From: Podarcis bocagei
Lineage: Eukaryota
NCBI GenBank assembly: GCA_964188305.1
Contig: OZ076888.1
Direction: 5' to 3' (one strand)
Length of the DNA: 64,000 nt
The notes beneath the pieces were generated by a model. It worked only from the letters and a program-made list of their open reading frames with translations, had not been told where the DNA came from and ran no database searches. Shown here in pieces: positions 37,101-46,367 of this stretch (position 1 is its first letter; every line of letters begins with the position of its first letter). The position numbers and the translations under genes were made by a program.

Positions 37101-38980
37101 GCTAAATTATGACTGAAACATGAAACATCTTGAGGTGAGGAAATCAAGATGTTGAGTCTGGAGTCATATTTGCACTGTCTTCAGAAAATGGAAGTGTTGC
37201 AAAGCAGCCATTCATGTTAAGATTTTCATCAGGGCCACCAAATGCTGCATACAAGCAGAGGCTGATTCTTTCTGATATAAATCTGCTCACAGGAGTATGC
37301 AGCACTGAGTAGTTCCATTGCATTGTATCCAGTGCTGCAGTTGTGCACAGAGCAAACTTCCCTTTCCTGCTCTCGGTGCTGCAGAGCGAGGAGGAGAGGA
37401 AGGGAAGGTCCTTTTGCATAGATGGAACTCCACCCATGCAGGGTTAGATACAACACAATATTGAGATCCACATAGTTGAATTTGGACATTGTAGTATTAT
37501 TGGCTTGAAATTTATTTGTTAAATAGGAATTATCAAGAATTATCCTTCATTATTACAACAGCATATATGCCAAATACTGGAGATTAGAAAAAATACCTAA
37601 ATTAGAAGCATGGAATAGCTATTGTTTATTGGAAGAGTAAAATGCATTTCTATTTCTTAAATTTTTTATATTACACCTTCCTCCAAGAAGCTGTTGATCA
37701 CTTATTTCATTTACTGTAATCAACTGTCAAGTGTGTATGGAAATTAATAATATTGTAAGTTTATAGTTCTCAAAGTCAGTAAACTGCAACTGCAAAATGC
37801 ACAATTCTCTTAGTTGGCCCAGTGGCACAGATCTGGTTTATCTCCTTTGGAAGGGAGTTTCAGAAATTTGCCACTAGAAGGCCCTGCATTCTAGAACTGA
37901 TTTGCCTAATTGATGGTGACATTAAAGAAGGTCCTCATCTCCTAACCCTCATTCACACAGTGAACACATGGGATCGTGGGAGCTGGAGCTAAGTGGTATT
38001 CTGGCTGTAAGAATTCTTTGCATAGGATTGTATTGCATTCCTTGCAACTTTTTAGTTGTTCTTGATAAACTGCATGGAGCATATCATTAACAATATGCAG
38101 TGTTTTTGTCTTAGGTTCCCAAGACCGTCAGGATAAACTCAGAGATATTGGAATAGTAGATATTCTACACAAATTGAGTCAGTCATCAGATCCAAATCTT
38201 TGTGACAAGTAAGTATAAAACTATTCCAAAACCAAATTTTATGGTGCTTGGTAACTTTTAAAACTCATTGCAGTGGTCTATGCAGATAAGATTAGATACT
38301 TGGACTTGACTGTGCAGAGCTATTAGTGAAAATGCACTTCTTGTAAATGGGATATTTTTTACTGTTTACTTTTCCTGCAAACCTTAGAGTTGCCCCTTGC
38401 CTTTCAAAAATAGTTTAATCAACAGGTCCGAAATATCACAGAAGATTTAACTTTGATTTCATACTCTACAGGGACAAGTTCTCCATGGGAGTTTGGGCTT
38501 TTCTTCTTTCAAACAAAGGCTGAAATTTATATACCTTTCTGGCATGTCTTTATGCCTCCACAAACTGAAAATGGGCAGTGCAAATTATTAAAGGGCGAAC
38601 TAAAAGCCTGCTTTATTGGAAGTATCCCTTTCTATTATTCCTCTATCATATTTAACTGAAGTATCCGTTGGATTCCTAAAGCAGTCACTTGCTTGAAATA
38701 CTATTGGGATTCTTGGTTTATAGTTGTTGATTTCAATCCAAAACAGACTTTTAAGGAAACAGATAATTTTTTGGACATGCCATTAGAGAATTTCAGAAGA
38801 AATGTTGATTAATTTTGTGAGAAACTTCATTGACTCAGTTTTCCACTACTGCAGTTGGCTATTTGCATAACGACACTGTTAAAGATCCTGTATTTTATAA
38901 GTGTGCTTTTGTCATCCCAGTGGCTAACGGGTGTTTTTCCTTACAGGGCAAAGACAGCACTCCAGCAGTACCTTGCATGA
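1072..38980 (+). CDS. ARMC8: Armadillo repeat-containing protein 8 (CTLH/GID E3 ligase subunit GID5); 5'-partial, 20 coding exons in window
   Basis: join(1072-1143,10351-10493,10576-10673,13169-13261,20478-20558,23304-23379,23488-23578,24869-24929,26496-26696,27212-27307,30371-30453,30979-31060,32115-32201,33440-33532,33814-33963,35330-35425,36126-36221,36720-36792,38115-38208,38947-38980). All introns GT-AG with consistent phases; 1900 nt, open from [24 protein letters not shown] to [11 protein letters not shown], near-identical to human ARMC8 from about residue 42. Confidence 0.97.
1835..2076. mobile_element. Tc1/mariner(pogo/Tigger)-type MITE, family A
   Basis: TIR CAGTGGTACCTCGGGTTA...TAACCCGAGGTACCACTG, TA on both sides; other copies at 21742, 27438, 33036. 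Confidence 0.85.
2090..2370. mobile_element. Tc1/mariner-type MITE, family B
   Basis: TIR CAGTGGTACCTCGCAAGACGAA...TTCGTCTTGCGAGGCACCACTG, TA TSD, internal GCAAGACGAA and AGCCGCTA repeats; copy at 21062. Confidence 0.85.
2390..2607. mobile_element. Tc1/mariner-type MITE, family C
   Basis: Starts TA-CAGTGGTACCTC, CpG-rich palindromic core; inverted copy at 6773-6986. Confidence 0.75.
4260..4560 (-). mobile_element. Degenerate LINE (L2/CR1 group) reverse-transcriptase fragment
   Basis: Minus strand reads [12 protein letters not shown] around 4460-4497 (YADD motif); boundaries approximate. Confidence 0.7.
4571..4642 (+). mobile_element. BovB/RTE LINE 3' end
   Basis: GGGGTCACGAAGAGTCGGACACGACTAAACGACTAAAC(AAC)n tail; 9-bp TSD ATTAACCAG at 4562-4570 and 4643-4651. 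Confidence 0.8.
4783..4838 (+). mobile_element. CR1 LINE extreme 3' end
   Basis: GGAGTTGGACTAGATGACC...CCAACTCTACAGTTCTATGA. Confidence 0.65.
6773..6986. mobile_element. MITE family C, inverted relative to the 2390-2607 copy
   Basis: TA-CAG...CCACTG-TA ends; reverse-complement similarity to 2390-2607. Confidence 0.75.
8157..8284. mobile_element. Palindromic hAT-type MITE (about 136-bp family), partial
   Basis: Near-identical to 17726-17861 and 23619-23754. Confidence 0.75.
8649..8761 (-). mobile_element. Sauria SINE 3' fragment
   Basis: AAGGTAAAGG (reverse complement of ACCTTT tail) plus body matching the 56632 copy. Confidence 0.8.
9378..9698. mobile_element. hAT-type MITE with internal tandem duplication of about 70 bp
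   Basis: CAGGGG...CCCCTG ends; 8-bp TSD CTCTAGGT/CTCCAGGT; CCCACAAATAACCCAGAGATGC unit occurs twice. Confidence 0.8.
10351..10493 (+). CDS. ARMC8: ARMC8 exon ([15 protein letters not shown]...IPALLQ)
   Basis: gtatag|G TTG ... CAA G|gtacct. Confidence 0.95.
10576..10673 (+). CDS. ARMC8: ARMC8 exon ([32 protein letters not shown])
   Basis: cacag|GG TTA ... ACG|gtaagt; preceded by an 82-bp intron. Confidence 0.95.
10893..10966 (+). mobile_element. BovB/RTE LINE 3' end
   Basis: Near-identical to 4571-4642 including the (AAC)n tail. Confidence 0.8.
11940..12352 (+). mobile_element. L2-type LINE 3' end
   Basis: Degenerate ORF2 end (YLKDHL.. and RAFS..-like motifs) followed by a (TAAA)n tail. 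Confidence 0.6.
13169..13261 (+). CDS. ARMC8: ARMC8 exon ([31 protein letters not shown])
   Basis: ttttag|GAT ... AAA|gtaaga. Confidence 0.95.
14047..14293 (+). mobile_element. tRNA-derived SINE (Squam3-like)
   Basis: Pol III A box TGGTGTAGTGG and B box GGTTTCGATTCC; (CTT)n tail. Confidence 0.75.
16396..16455 (+). CDS. Candidate in-frame cassette exon of ARMC8 ([20 protein letters not shown])
   Basis: Long AG-free pyrimidine-rich tract + ttcag| 60 nt open in phase 0 |gtaagt; host intron is phase 0. Confidence 0.45.
17210..17462. mobile_element. hAT-type MITE, inverted copy of the 9378-9698 family without the internal duplication
   Basis: Reverse-complement match to 9378-9698. Confidence 0.8.
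17726..17861. mobile_element. Palindromic hAT-type MITE
   Basis: Long inverted arms; perfect 8-bp TSD CTCTAGGA. Confidence 0.85.
20478..20558 (+). CDS. ARMC8: ARMC8 exon ([27 protein letters not shown])
   Basis: aatag|GGT ... AAA|gtaagg. Confidence 0.95.
21062..21382. mobile_element. MITE family B
   Basis: TA-CAGTGGTGCC...GGCACCACTG-TA. Confidence 0.85.
21742..21950. mobile_element. MITE family A (same orientation as the 1835 copy)
   Basis: TA-CAGTGGTACCTCGGGTTA...GTACCACTG-TA. Confidence 0.85.
23304..23379 (+). CDS. ARMC8: ARMC8 exon ([25 protein letters not shown])
   Basis: tacag|GTT ... AAT G|gtaagc. Confidence 0.95.
23488..23578 (+). CDS. ARMC8: ARMC8 exon ([29 protein letters not shown])
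   Basis: tttcag|TG ... AAA TG|gtaata. Confidence 0.95.
23619..23754. mobile_element. Palindromic hAT-type MITE
   Basis: Perfect 8-bp TSD CTTTAAAT; near-identical to the 17726 copy. Confidence 0.85.
24869..24929 (+). CDS. ARMC8: ARMC8 exon ([20 protein letters not shown])
   Basis: tgtag|C CTT ... AAG|gtaagt. Confidence 0.95.
26496..26696 (+). CDS. ARMC8: ARMC8 exon ([18 protein letters not shown]...ITDIKR)
   Basis: tccag|ACA ... AGG|gtatgt; overlaps ORF 26508..26762. Confidence 0.96.
27212..27307 (+). CDS. ARMC8: ARMC8 exon ([32 protein letters not shown])
   Basis: actag|CTT ... AAG|gtgagt. Confidence 0.95.
27438..27649. mobile_element. MITE family A, reverse orientation, right end truncated
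   Basis: TA-CAGTGGTACCTCGGGTT start; body is the reverse complement of the 21742 copy. Confidence 0.8.
28441..28494 (+). repeat. (TATG)/(TAAG)n microsatellite
   Basis: tgtatgtatgtaagtaagtaagtaagtaag. Confidence 0.7.
28716..29068 (+). mobile_element. Full-length Sauria SINE
   Basis: GGGACGCGGGTGGCGCTGTGG head, ACCTTT tail, 13-bp TSD TACCACATTCTTT (28702-28714; 29069-29081). Confidence 0.9.
29316..30084 (+). mobile_element. 5'-truncated L1-like LINE carrying a nested MITE
   Basis: 19-bp TSD GAAAAGGTGATGGCTGAAA (29297-29315; 30085-30103); begins with ORF2-like end [23 protein letters not shown]; A-rich tail. Confidence 0.7.
29406..29855. mobile_element. GC-rich Tc2/pogo-type MITE
   Basis: TIR CCGTATTTTTCGCCCTATAGGACGCAC / GTGCGTCCTATAGGGCGAAAAATATGG; TA TSD. 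Confidence 0.85.
30371..30453 (+). CDS. ARMC8: ARMC8 exon ([28 protein letters not shown])
   Basis: ctcag|ATA ... GTC AG|gtatga. Confidence 0.95.
30979..31060 (+). CDS. ARMC8: ARMC8 exon ([27 protein letters not shown])
   Basis: tgcag|A TGT ... AAG|gtacat. Confidence 0.95.
32115..32201 (+). CDS. ARMC8: ARMC8 exon ([29 protein letters not shown])
   Basis: cttag|GTT ... GAG|gtttgg. Confidence 0.95.
32457..32872. mobile_element. Possible solo LTR
   Basis: TGTAGGA...TCCTAACA inverted termini, relatively CpG-rich, minus-strand AATAAA near 32655; no TSD seen. Confidence 0.4.
33036..33261. mobile_element. MITE family A, reverse orientation
   Basis: TA-CAGTGGTACCTC...GAGGTACCACTG-TA. Confidence 0.85.
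33440..33532 (+). CDS. ARMC8: ARMC8 exon ([31 protein letters not shown])
   Basis: gatag|CCT ... ATG|gtaaga. Confidence 0.95.
33814..33963 (+). CDS. ARMC8: ARMC8 exon ([16 protein letters not shown]...LLSTRP)
   Basis: tttag|AAT ... CCG|gtaagt. Confidence 0.95.
35330..35425 (+). CDS. ARMC8: ARMC8 exon ([32 protein letters not shown])
   Basis: ggcag|CAC ... CAG|gtatgc. Confidence 0.95.
36126..36221 (+). CDS. ARMC8: ARMC8 exon ([32 protein letters not shown])
   Basis: tccag|ACG ... ATG|gtatgt. Confidence 0.95.
36720..36792 (+). CDS. ARMC8: ARMC8 exon ([24 protein letters not shown])
   Basis: cttag|AGT ... GAA G|gtaaaa. Confidence 0.94.
38115..38208 (+). CDS. ARMC8: ARMC8 exon ([30 protein letters not shown])
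   Basis: cttag|GT TCC ... GAC AA|gtaagt. Confidence 0.95.
38947..38980 (+). CDS. ARMC8: ARMC8 last coding exon ([10 protein letters not shown])
   Basis: tacag|G GCA AAG ... GCA TGA. Confidence 0.95.
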
Positions 38981-40969
38981 TCAAAGACAAGTCGAACTGT
39001 CCGTACAACTCTCAAAGCTATATAATAAGGAATAACGGGAAATAGCCGCACCTAATTCCTTATCTTTTGCACAAGGCACCTTGGGCTGCATTTCTCTCAG
39101 GTGCAGGGAGCTGCTTGGCAGGAGCAGTTTAAGTGATCAGGTCTCCAATGCACTTGAGGACTTTTTTGAGGTAGTTCCTTTACTCAGAGGACTCTTCTGG
39201 GATTATTTTCCTGAGCTACCTGAACTCTACTAGAACAATCAGTCATCTTTTTTCCTTTGGGCCTACAATTTTCTGCTTATACCACAGCCAGTTGTGGCTG
39301 TGTCTGGGTGGGTGTGATACCTCAGAGCTTTTGTTTTCCTTTTTGTGTTTTTTCTACAGATTTTCAAGGGTTAACCATTCTTTGCTGTATGAAAACTTTA
39401 AAGAATTATATACGATTTGAATTGAAATGTTATTTAAAAAGTTTTGTCCCATGAAGTTTATTTTGATCAGATGAATGTTTTTAAGTAAAATATATGCATT
39501 TGTTAAACCTCAGCTTAATGTACCTGTACTTCCTCTTTTGAAACAAAATGAAGTGACATCTAGATGACTGGTAGCACATGTAATGTGACTAACGCTAGCC
39601 TCCTACTGCCGTGTGTTACTAGCGCCAGCTCCCTGGACTTGGGAAATCAAAATTCAGAGAACCCAAGGTGGAGCCTTAAGTACACTTGACACCAAGGTTG
39701 AATTTGTGGAAATCATACCTGCTGGGTTACCCAGCAAGAAAAATACAGTCCCCGTGCCAGTGCCACTGCTGCCTCAGAGAAATTACACTTGTTAAAAAAG
39801 CTCTGCGTTGTTCTTAGATGACTTGAAGCTGTGATGGTAGATTGATTAAAGTAAAAAACAACAACTGGCGGCTGCCGTTTGAAACCGTGCAGTGATGAAC
39901 GTGAGAGGACAACCCCACAGAAGATCTGGGTGAAAAACAGACACCAAATCTTTTTATTTTTTTATTTTTCCAGAAGTGCATGATGATGGGACAAAACGCT
40001 TCCTCCAGCAAAAGTACAAAATGATTAGTAGGATGTTTTCAATTCTGCAAAAATGCTTACTATCTTTTTCAGACCTCTTGGTTCACCAGTAAGTTTTCTG
40101 TGGGCTCAGTCCAAAGTTGTTCATGTCAAGGGATAAGAGAACCAGTCAGAGGCTAATCTCATTTCACTCACCAGCTTTGGTCATCCCAAACTTTTATTTA
40201 TAATTAATAACTAGGCACATCACATTTATAGTTAAAGCAAAGGTTGAGAGTTTGGGCTTCTGGCTGGGAAGGTTAATAAACTGAAAGGAGGCTACAAAAC
40301 AACACCATAATTTTTATATAAGTCTTTTAATGTATTGCTTTACTCTGAAAGGCAAGTAATAGTGATTTCAGGGATAGTAGTAAGTGATGCCATTTCTCAG
40401 TGTCATTGCTACAAGCTTGTTGGGGTTGGACTTCTGCAGGTCTGCACGGTGTGTGCCTACCTGCCAACTAGTACCTCAGAAATAAAGCCTTATTTAAGTA
40501 ATTAACGTGATTGTAGCCTTAATAATACTGAGAAAAATCACTTCCTTGTCGGGTTTGTCCAAAGCCACTCCCTAGAAATAAAGGGGTGGGAAGAAGGGAA
40601 GGCTCCCTTAGCCTGGCTGCTGCTTTTGCACTCTGGATTATTATTACACCTGCACTTCCGATATTGCTGTCATGCCTCCATCACTCATATGCATATCCAT
40701 TTACTTTGAAATATAGATATGCCTAAAACTATGTTGAATACAGCTGAGATGTGCAAATTTTCATCTTCACACTTGAAGGTTGCTTTTTAATAGTGTGGCA
40801 AGATATGTGCGAGAAGGATATAAACTATGCTAAGACAATCTGGGTAATGTTGGGGAAAGGTGGGTGAAATATTAGGATGGTAGGTGATAATGAAGTGGCA
40901 TTTTGCACTCAGTGAAGCATTGTGAATACTTTTTTGATGTTGCTATAAATATGTACAAATAGAAAACAC

Positions 40970-40979
40970 TGTAAATAAA
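40970..40979 (+). terminator. Probable ARMC8 polyadenylation signal (AATAAA at 40974-40979, overlapping a TGTAAATA Pumilio-type motif)
   Basis: TGTA motif upstream at about 40952, T-rich stretch downstream; an alternative AATAAA lies at 40481. Confidence 0.5.
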
Positions 40980-41381
40980 AAATGACCTTTTACTGGAGAA
41001 CATATTTAAAATGACTTGGCCCTATTGATATGGTTTTTTTCCTGACTAGAAGGAAAGATTACAGCCTTAGGAAAGGCAGTCAAACTCAGTTATATACTTA
41101 GTCTCTTAGACAACTATTCTAAGGAATAGTTCATCTCAAATTCTTCTAAATGTCATGATGTTCGGGGTCATAAAACTACAAGTTGACACACAGTGAAAAT
41201 TATTGCTTTTTACTTTAAATGCTTTGTTTATAGTTGCTGAGAAACTAGGAGTCACAATTGTGTAAATCTCTTCATGATTTGGGGTGGTGAAATGCTTTGA
41301 ATGCTTGGGGAGTGCTGTAATGTAGGACAGAGTTAAAAAACAAAGTTTGATTCATGTCACAAAGCTGTTCATACTCGTTCT

Positions 41382-41556
41382 CAGTGCTTTTTTTCTGGGG
41401 GTACGCAGGGGTACACATACCCCTAAATATTTTGTGAATCTTTGTACTTTTATCCATTTAGTGTACTTATTTTTCCCTATTTGAACTATAAAATGGTGAT
41501 TTTCTTGAGACAAAATGAGAGTACCCCTAAACAATTTTTTAAGAAAAAAAGCACTG
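41382..41556. mobile_element. hAT-type MITE
   Basis: TIR CAGTGCTTTTTTTCT/AGAAAAAAAGCACTG; 8-bp TSD CTCGTTCT/CTCATTCT. Confidence 0.8.
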
Positions 41557-41840
41557 CTCATTCTATTCTGATCCATATTACACCTTCTCTGGTGTATTCC
41601 CCCCATTTACCTCTTGCAGACATCCAAGCTGTTTCTCCTCAGCTTTGTGAAACTTACAGATGAGCTAAGCTTTGTGAATATGTATGATAATTCAAGACCC
41701 AATAATCATTTTATTAAGGAAAACATTTTTATTTGAAGAATCTTAGGAACTTGAAGTGACCCCAAAAATTTCTGGTCCACCACTTACACCCCAGGCTGCT
41801 CGAGCCATTATATTTATTCCAACTCAACTGAACACATATA

Positions 41841-42210
41841 AAAGGTAAAGGTAAAGGACCCCTGACAGTTAAGTCCAGTTGCAGACGACTGGGGTTGCAG
41901 CACTCATCTCGGTTTATAGGTTGAGGGACCTGACGTTTGTCTGCAGACAGTTTTTCTGGGTCATGTGGCCAGCATGACTAAACTGCTTCTGGCAAAACCA
42001 GAGCAGTGCACGGAAACACCCGTTTATCTTCCCACTGGAGTGGTACCTATTTATTTACTTGCATTTTTGGTGTGCTTTCGAACTGCTAGGTTGGCAGGAG
42101 CTGGGACTGAGCAACAGGAGCTCACCCCGTCGCAGGGATTTGAACCACCGATCTTCTGATCAGCAAGCCCAAGAGGCTCAGTGGTTTAGACCACAGCGCC
42201 ACCCGCGCCC
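41841..42210 (-). mobile_element. Full-length Sauria SINE
   Basis: AAAGGTAAAGGTAAAGG tail; reverse complement of the 28716 copy. Confidence 0.9.
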
Positions 42211-45200
42211 CTATATATAGTCCAAACTATAGTATCTTGAAAGCAGGGTATAAAAGTGAAAGAGGTATTCTGTCCATTCCAGAGGCTGAGATCCAGTTGG
42301 TGTAGTTGAACAAACTGACTAGATCCTGGGCATGGTGGAGAAACTGACAGTGTCAGTATATCTTTGTCTTCAAGCATACACTTAGGATGCTGGAGATTAA
42401 TCTAAACCCTTTCAAAGAGAAAATAGTCTTGGCCCCACTACCATAAGTTCACTTTTAAGTGTTCTCTCCTAATAATTTAGTTCTTATCTCTCAGTTTTAC
42501 TCTGTTTTTCATGCATAAGGAACCAGCATCTTACTGAAAAGAATTCAAAATGTAAAAGCCTATTAAACATTTAAAAAAGTAACATAAAACAATGACATGT
42601 AGCAATCCCAAATAAAATGCATGTTTGCTGGATCCAGATGGTAAACAGTTCCTTTGATAGGAATGACCTCTTCCCCTGATATTGACATATCAGGGGGATA
42701 TTGATATTACACAGTCTTCTGCCTTCTGAACAGGAGGAGGCGCCATCTCCCTCTCCAAACTGATCCTGACTGTGTTCCATGAAGATTTGGGCCTGATCAG
42801 CTGTCATAGAGGCTTGTCTTCCCGCTTCTTTGGCTGTGTTTTTTAGTCAGTTTCTTGCCTTTTTTCACCCACCTCTCCTCTCATTTTTCTTTTTACTGTT
42901 GTTGTGAGTGTGTTTCTGGTTTGCTTTGAGTGTTTGGATTATATTTTTACCTCAGCACATTTTCACTTTTTTCATTCCAGCTCTAGTCCCTTCTGGTGGC
43001 TACAGAGTGAGGGGTGTTTTTGCTTTTTTATGTGCAGTGCCTACTTGGCCACATTTCTGTGAAGCAGCTTCTGGAGTTTTTGGCATGTCCTGCAAATAAA
43101 CTAGGTAGCAGTAGCATTTTTAGAACAGGCTTTGACTGCGCAATATCTGTGAGTGCTTGGCGGGGGGGGGGGGAGTTTGTTTTGCAGCCTCCTACACCAT
43201 CTGCCTGGGCTTTCCAGATCACCATTCTCTGCTAGATCACCCAGTTTTGGCTCCTGCCTTTTTTGCTGGGCATTCCAGCTATTCCCACTACCCAGATCAC
43301 CCAATGTCCCCATATTTTTGGCAACCTCAGCCACACGTTTTGAGGAAGTGGAGCAGCTGTGAGGAGGGTCCCTTGATAAATTGTCTAGGCGGGAGTTCCA
43401 TTTTGGAGCAGGGTTTTCTCCACACCTACCCGCCATCCTTTATGCTCCATTCTCCTCTGTATTTGACAGTTCCCTTAGTTTTTGTAGTGGGTCTGCTTCC
43501 TTTTGGGGGCTATTGGCCTCATTGACCCCCTTCTTTAACACTCAGCAGAGGCAAGTTGGGTGGGCACTATTTCTTTTGGTCTGAGGACACATGCTGCCCC
43601 CTCTTTTATTTCTGTCATTACTCCTCCCTCAGTAGTTCTCCTACAGGAGTTTTTTGGGGGGTGAACTTTTATTTAGACTCCCAACATTTCTGCCTGGGGG
43701 GGTGGGCTGTGTCTAGAGATAGGATATTCCTCTCACTTCCTTTGCTGGAAGTAAGGGATTTTGGAGGGTTGTCCCAAATCAGTGTGTCTCTGTGTGTCTT
43801 TGGGGCTTTTTAGGGTTTTGGTGCCCCTTATTTGACTAGTTGCATTTTCTTGGCCTGGGGTATCCTTTCCTTCCTGTTCTCATGTTTTCTCTGTTGATTG
43901 CATATTTGAGTGAATTTGTTTAGGGGTGTGGGGTTGTCTGCTCTGCCACTTGATTTGGCGAGGGAGATGGCTTATCCCCTGAGAGAGGAGGCAGAGAATT
44001 GTACGACTCTGCATGTCATCCTTATCAGAGGAATATTCTCCATCTGGATCCCCAAACAAAAATTCATGGTAAGAATTCCCATTTTCTAAACTATAAGCAT
44101 TGATTGATTGCATTTATATCCCACCTTTTCCTCAAGGAGCTCAAGGTGATGTATGTAGGTGTCCTCTCCATTTTATCCTCACAACCCTGTGAGGCTGGGA
44201 GTAAATCCTGAGGAAGGGTGCAGGAATATTTGTGTATTTCCCTTCCTTTGGGAAGCAATTAATAATATTATGGAGGACAGACCTAACAAATGGGTTCTAC
44301 CTATGGCAGGCAAATGGAACCTCCAGTTTCAGATATGGCAGTAATCTGAATACCAGTTGCTACTGGAGCTAAACAATGGTAAAGGTTTCCTCTGAGTTCA
44401 CCTTTCTGTGCTGTTTGTCTCCCTACTAGTACATGGAGGGAACGAACCATTATCCCTGGCTTAGCATTATGACTGAATCAGGGATTGTAGTTTTGTTTCA
44501 ACCTCATCAAACCACTATCTCTAGTCAATCTGGAATGAAACAAACTAGGGTTCTTGATTCAGTCATAGCACCAAGCCAAGGATCACAGCTGGTATCTTTC
44601 AGGTGTGGGGAACGTTTGGCCCCAGATGCTAGGTCAACTCTTGGAACAGATAGCCAGGGATGATGGGAGTTAATAGTTCCTCCACCTGCTATATGGGCTA
44701 GCAGGGAGGAGGCAAATGACACAGAAAGTTGCATTCATTAGAAACTTACTATCGTTTACCATGACATACAAACAAGACAAGGCTAATGTCTTTATGCCTG
44801 ACTGATAGCTTTCCTTGAAGCATCTAGCTGGCTGCTGTAGGCAACAGAATGAACCCATGATCTGATCCAGCAGTGAGTGCTCTTCTTATCTGCCAGTTCC
44901 AGGTGGTCATGTGCATGCCTACTATAAAGAATTGTGCTCCTAGAATAGAATGAAAATTGGATTCGTAGGACAGATAAGAAAAATGCAACCACACTCTTCT
45001 GTAAACATGCATTTTGCATGTGTAGAGTTGGTTGCCAGGTATAATCCAAAGTAGAATGAATGGAAGAGAGACATATTCTAGTTTTTGATCAGGATGAAGT
45101 AATAGGAAAATCTTTTCCAGGGGTTGAGGTAGCAGCAGCAGCTAAGTTACGGTAAGTAGGACTAAGAGTGAGATGCAGAAAGAGCAGCTACAGCCGCGCT

Positions 45201-46259
45201 CTTCACCTCCCAGACCTACAGATGTAGGCTTTTCATTTATATCAAGGCAAATGAACATGAGAGAAGTTACTTTGCATAGTACCTCTGAGTAAAATAGGTG
45301 TTAGACTGGGAAGATGAATTTTTTCAGTTAAGTGTCTCTTGGAGGAACAGCTTCCTTTTGCTTTTCTATATTCAGAGAGAACTGGCAAAACATGAAATGA
45401 AGAAAATTATCTTCTAAAGTGCACTTCAGGTCAGAACACAGTGTCTGGTTCGTTTTCAATAGCTTAACATCCATGGGAAAGTCCCAAAGGTGTAAATGAC
45501 TTAGACTACTAGGCATCAGTTGTGCATTAAACTTCTAAATAGCAGCATAGGGTGGGAGAGTTGATGTTTATCATCTTGTACTTTGTACAGGTAGCTTAGG
45601 GATAGGTCTTCTGTTTTAAACTTGCTCTAAAGATAACATGCAATCATATCTTGGGGTGATTCCCCCCCTCCCGGCTTTCATCCAATTTACTCTATTGTCA
45701 GTAGGCTAGGTACATGTAGCCTTTTCAGACATTGGTAGGTAGCATAATCACACCATATGTACTCATTTTTTAAAGATGAAAGGGTCTTCAAAAACAGTTT
45801 AAGAGCTGTTTGATCAGGCTGAAAGTGCATGCATTTCACAGTAAGTTATGGCTTTTCTTCTGAAAACTGGCATCTGGTTCCAGCCTTTGTGTTTCTTTCC
45901 TTATCCTTTCAAGACTTTCACACAATGATTCAACAGCAAAATGAGAGACAGAAAGTACAGAGACTTCTATTTACATACATCCAGACATGTGTGTGAGTTT
46001 ATGAGCATATAACAACTTGCACATTGGGAGCACACATTTGTTGAAGAAAAATACAAAGGGCATAACAGCACTAGTAAGTGTGCACAGTATAGCATGCAGT
46101 GAAAACAAAGTTTACTCTTGTGAATTGTAAACTATAGGTACATTATGGAATAAAGAAAAGGGAAAGCACTTTATGTGGAATGTGCCTCTGATACCTTGCA
46201 TGTCTTAAGTGTCACTGACTATTCTGGATCTTCTGTGTAAAAAACAGTGGGGTGAGGTC

Positions 46260-46367
46260 TTATAGCTTGTTCTTGAGACAGTGCTGGAGAGCATCTTCCA
46301 GAGCATGGAGGACTCTGTCAACATTGTATTTAGTGGAGTTATAGCCCATCAGTCCTATTCGGAGAAC
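46260..46367 (-). CDS. AGXT: AGXT exon 11 ([35 protein letters not shown])
   Basis: actag|GTT ... AAC AAG CTA TAA. Confidence 0.95.
   Translation of the reverse strand, partial: VLRIGLMGYNSTKYNVDRVLHALEDALQHCLKNKL

Noticed and set aside
37869-37884. CTCF-like motif GCCACTAGAAGGCC (similar at about 59052)
   Set aside because: Imperfect matches to the core; cannot be supported without ChIP or conservation data.
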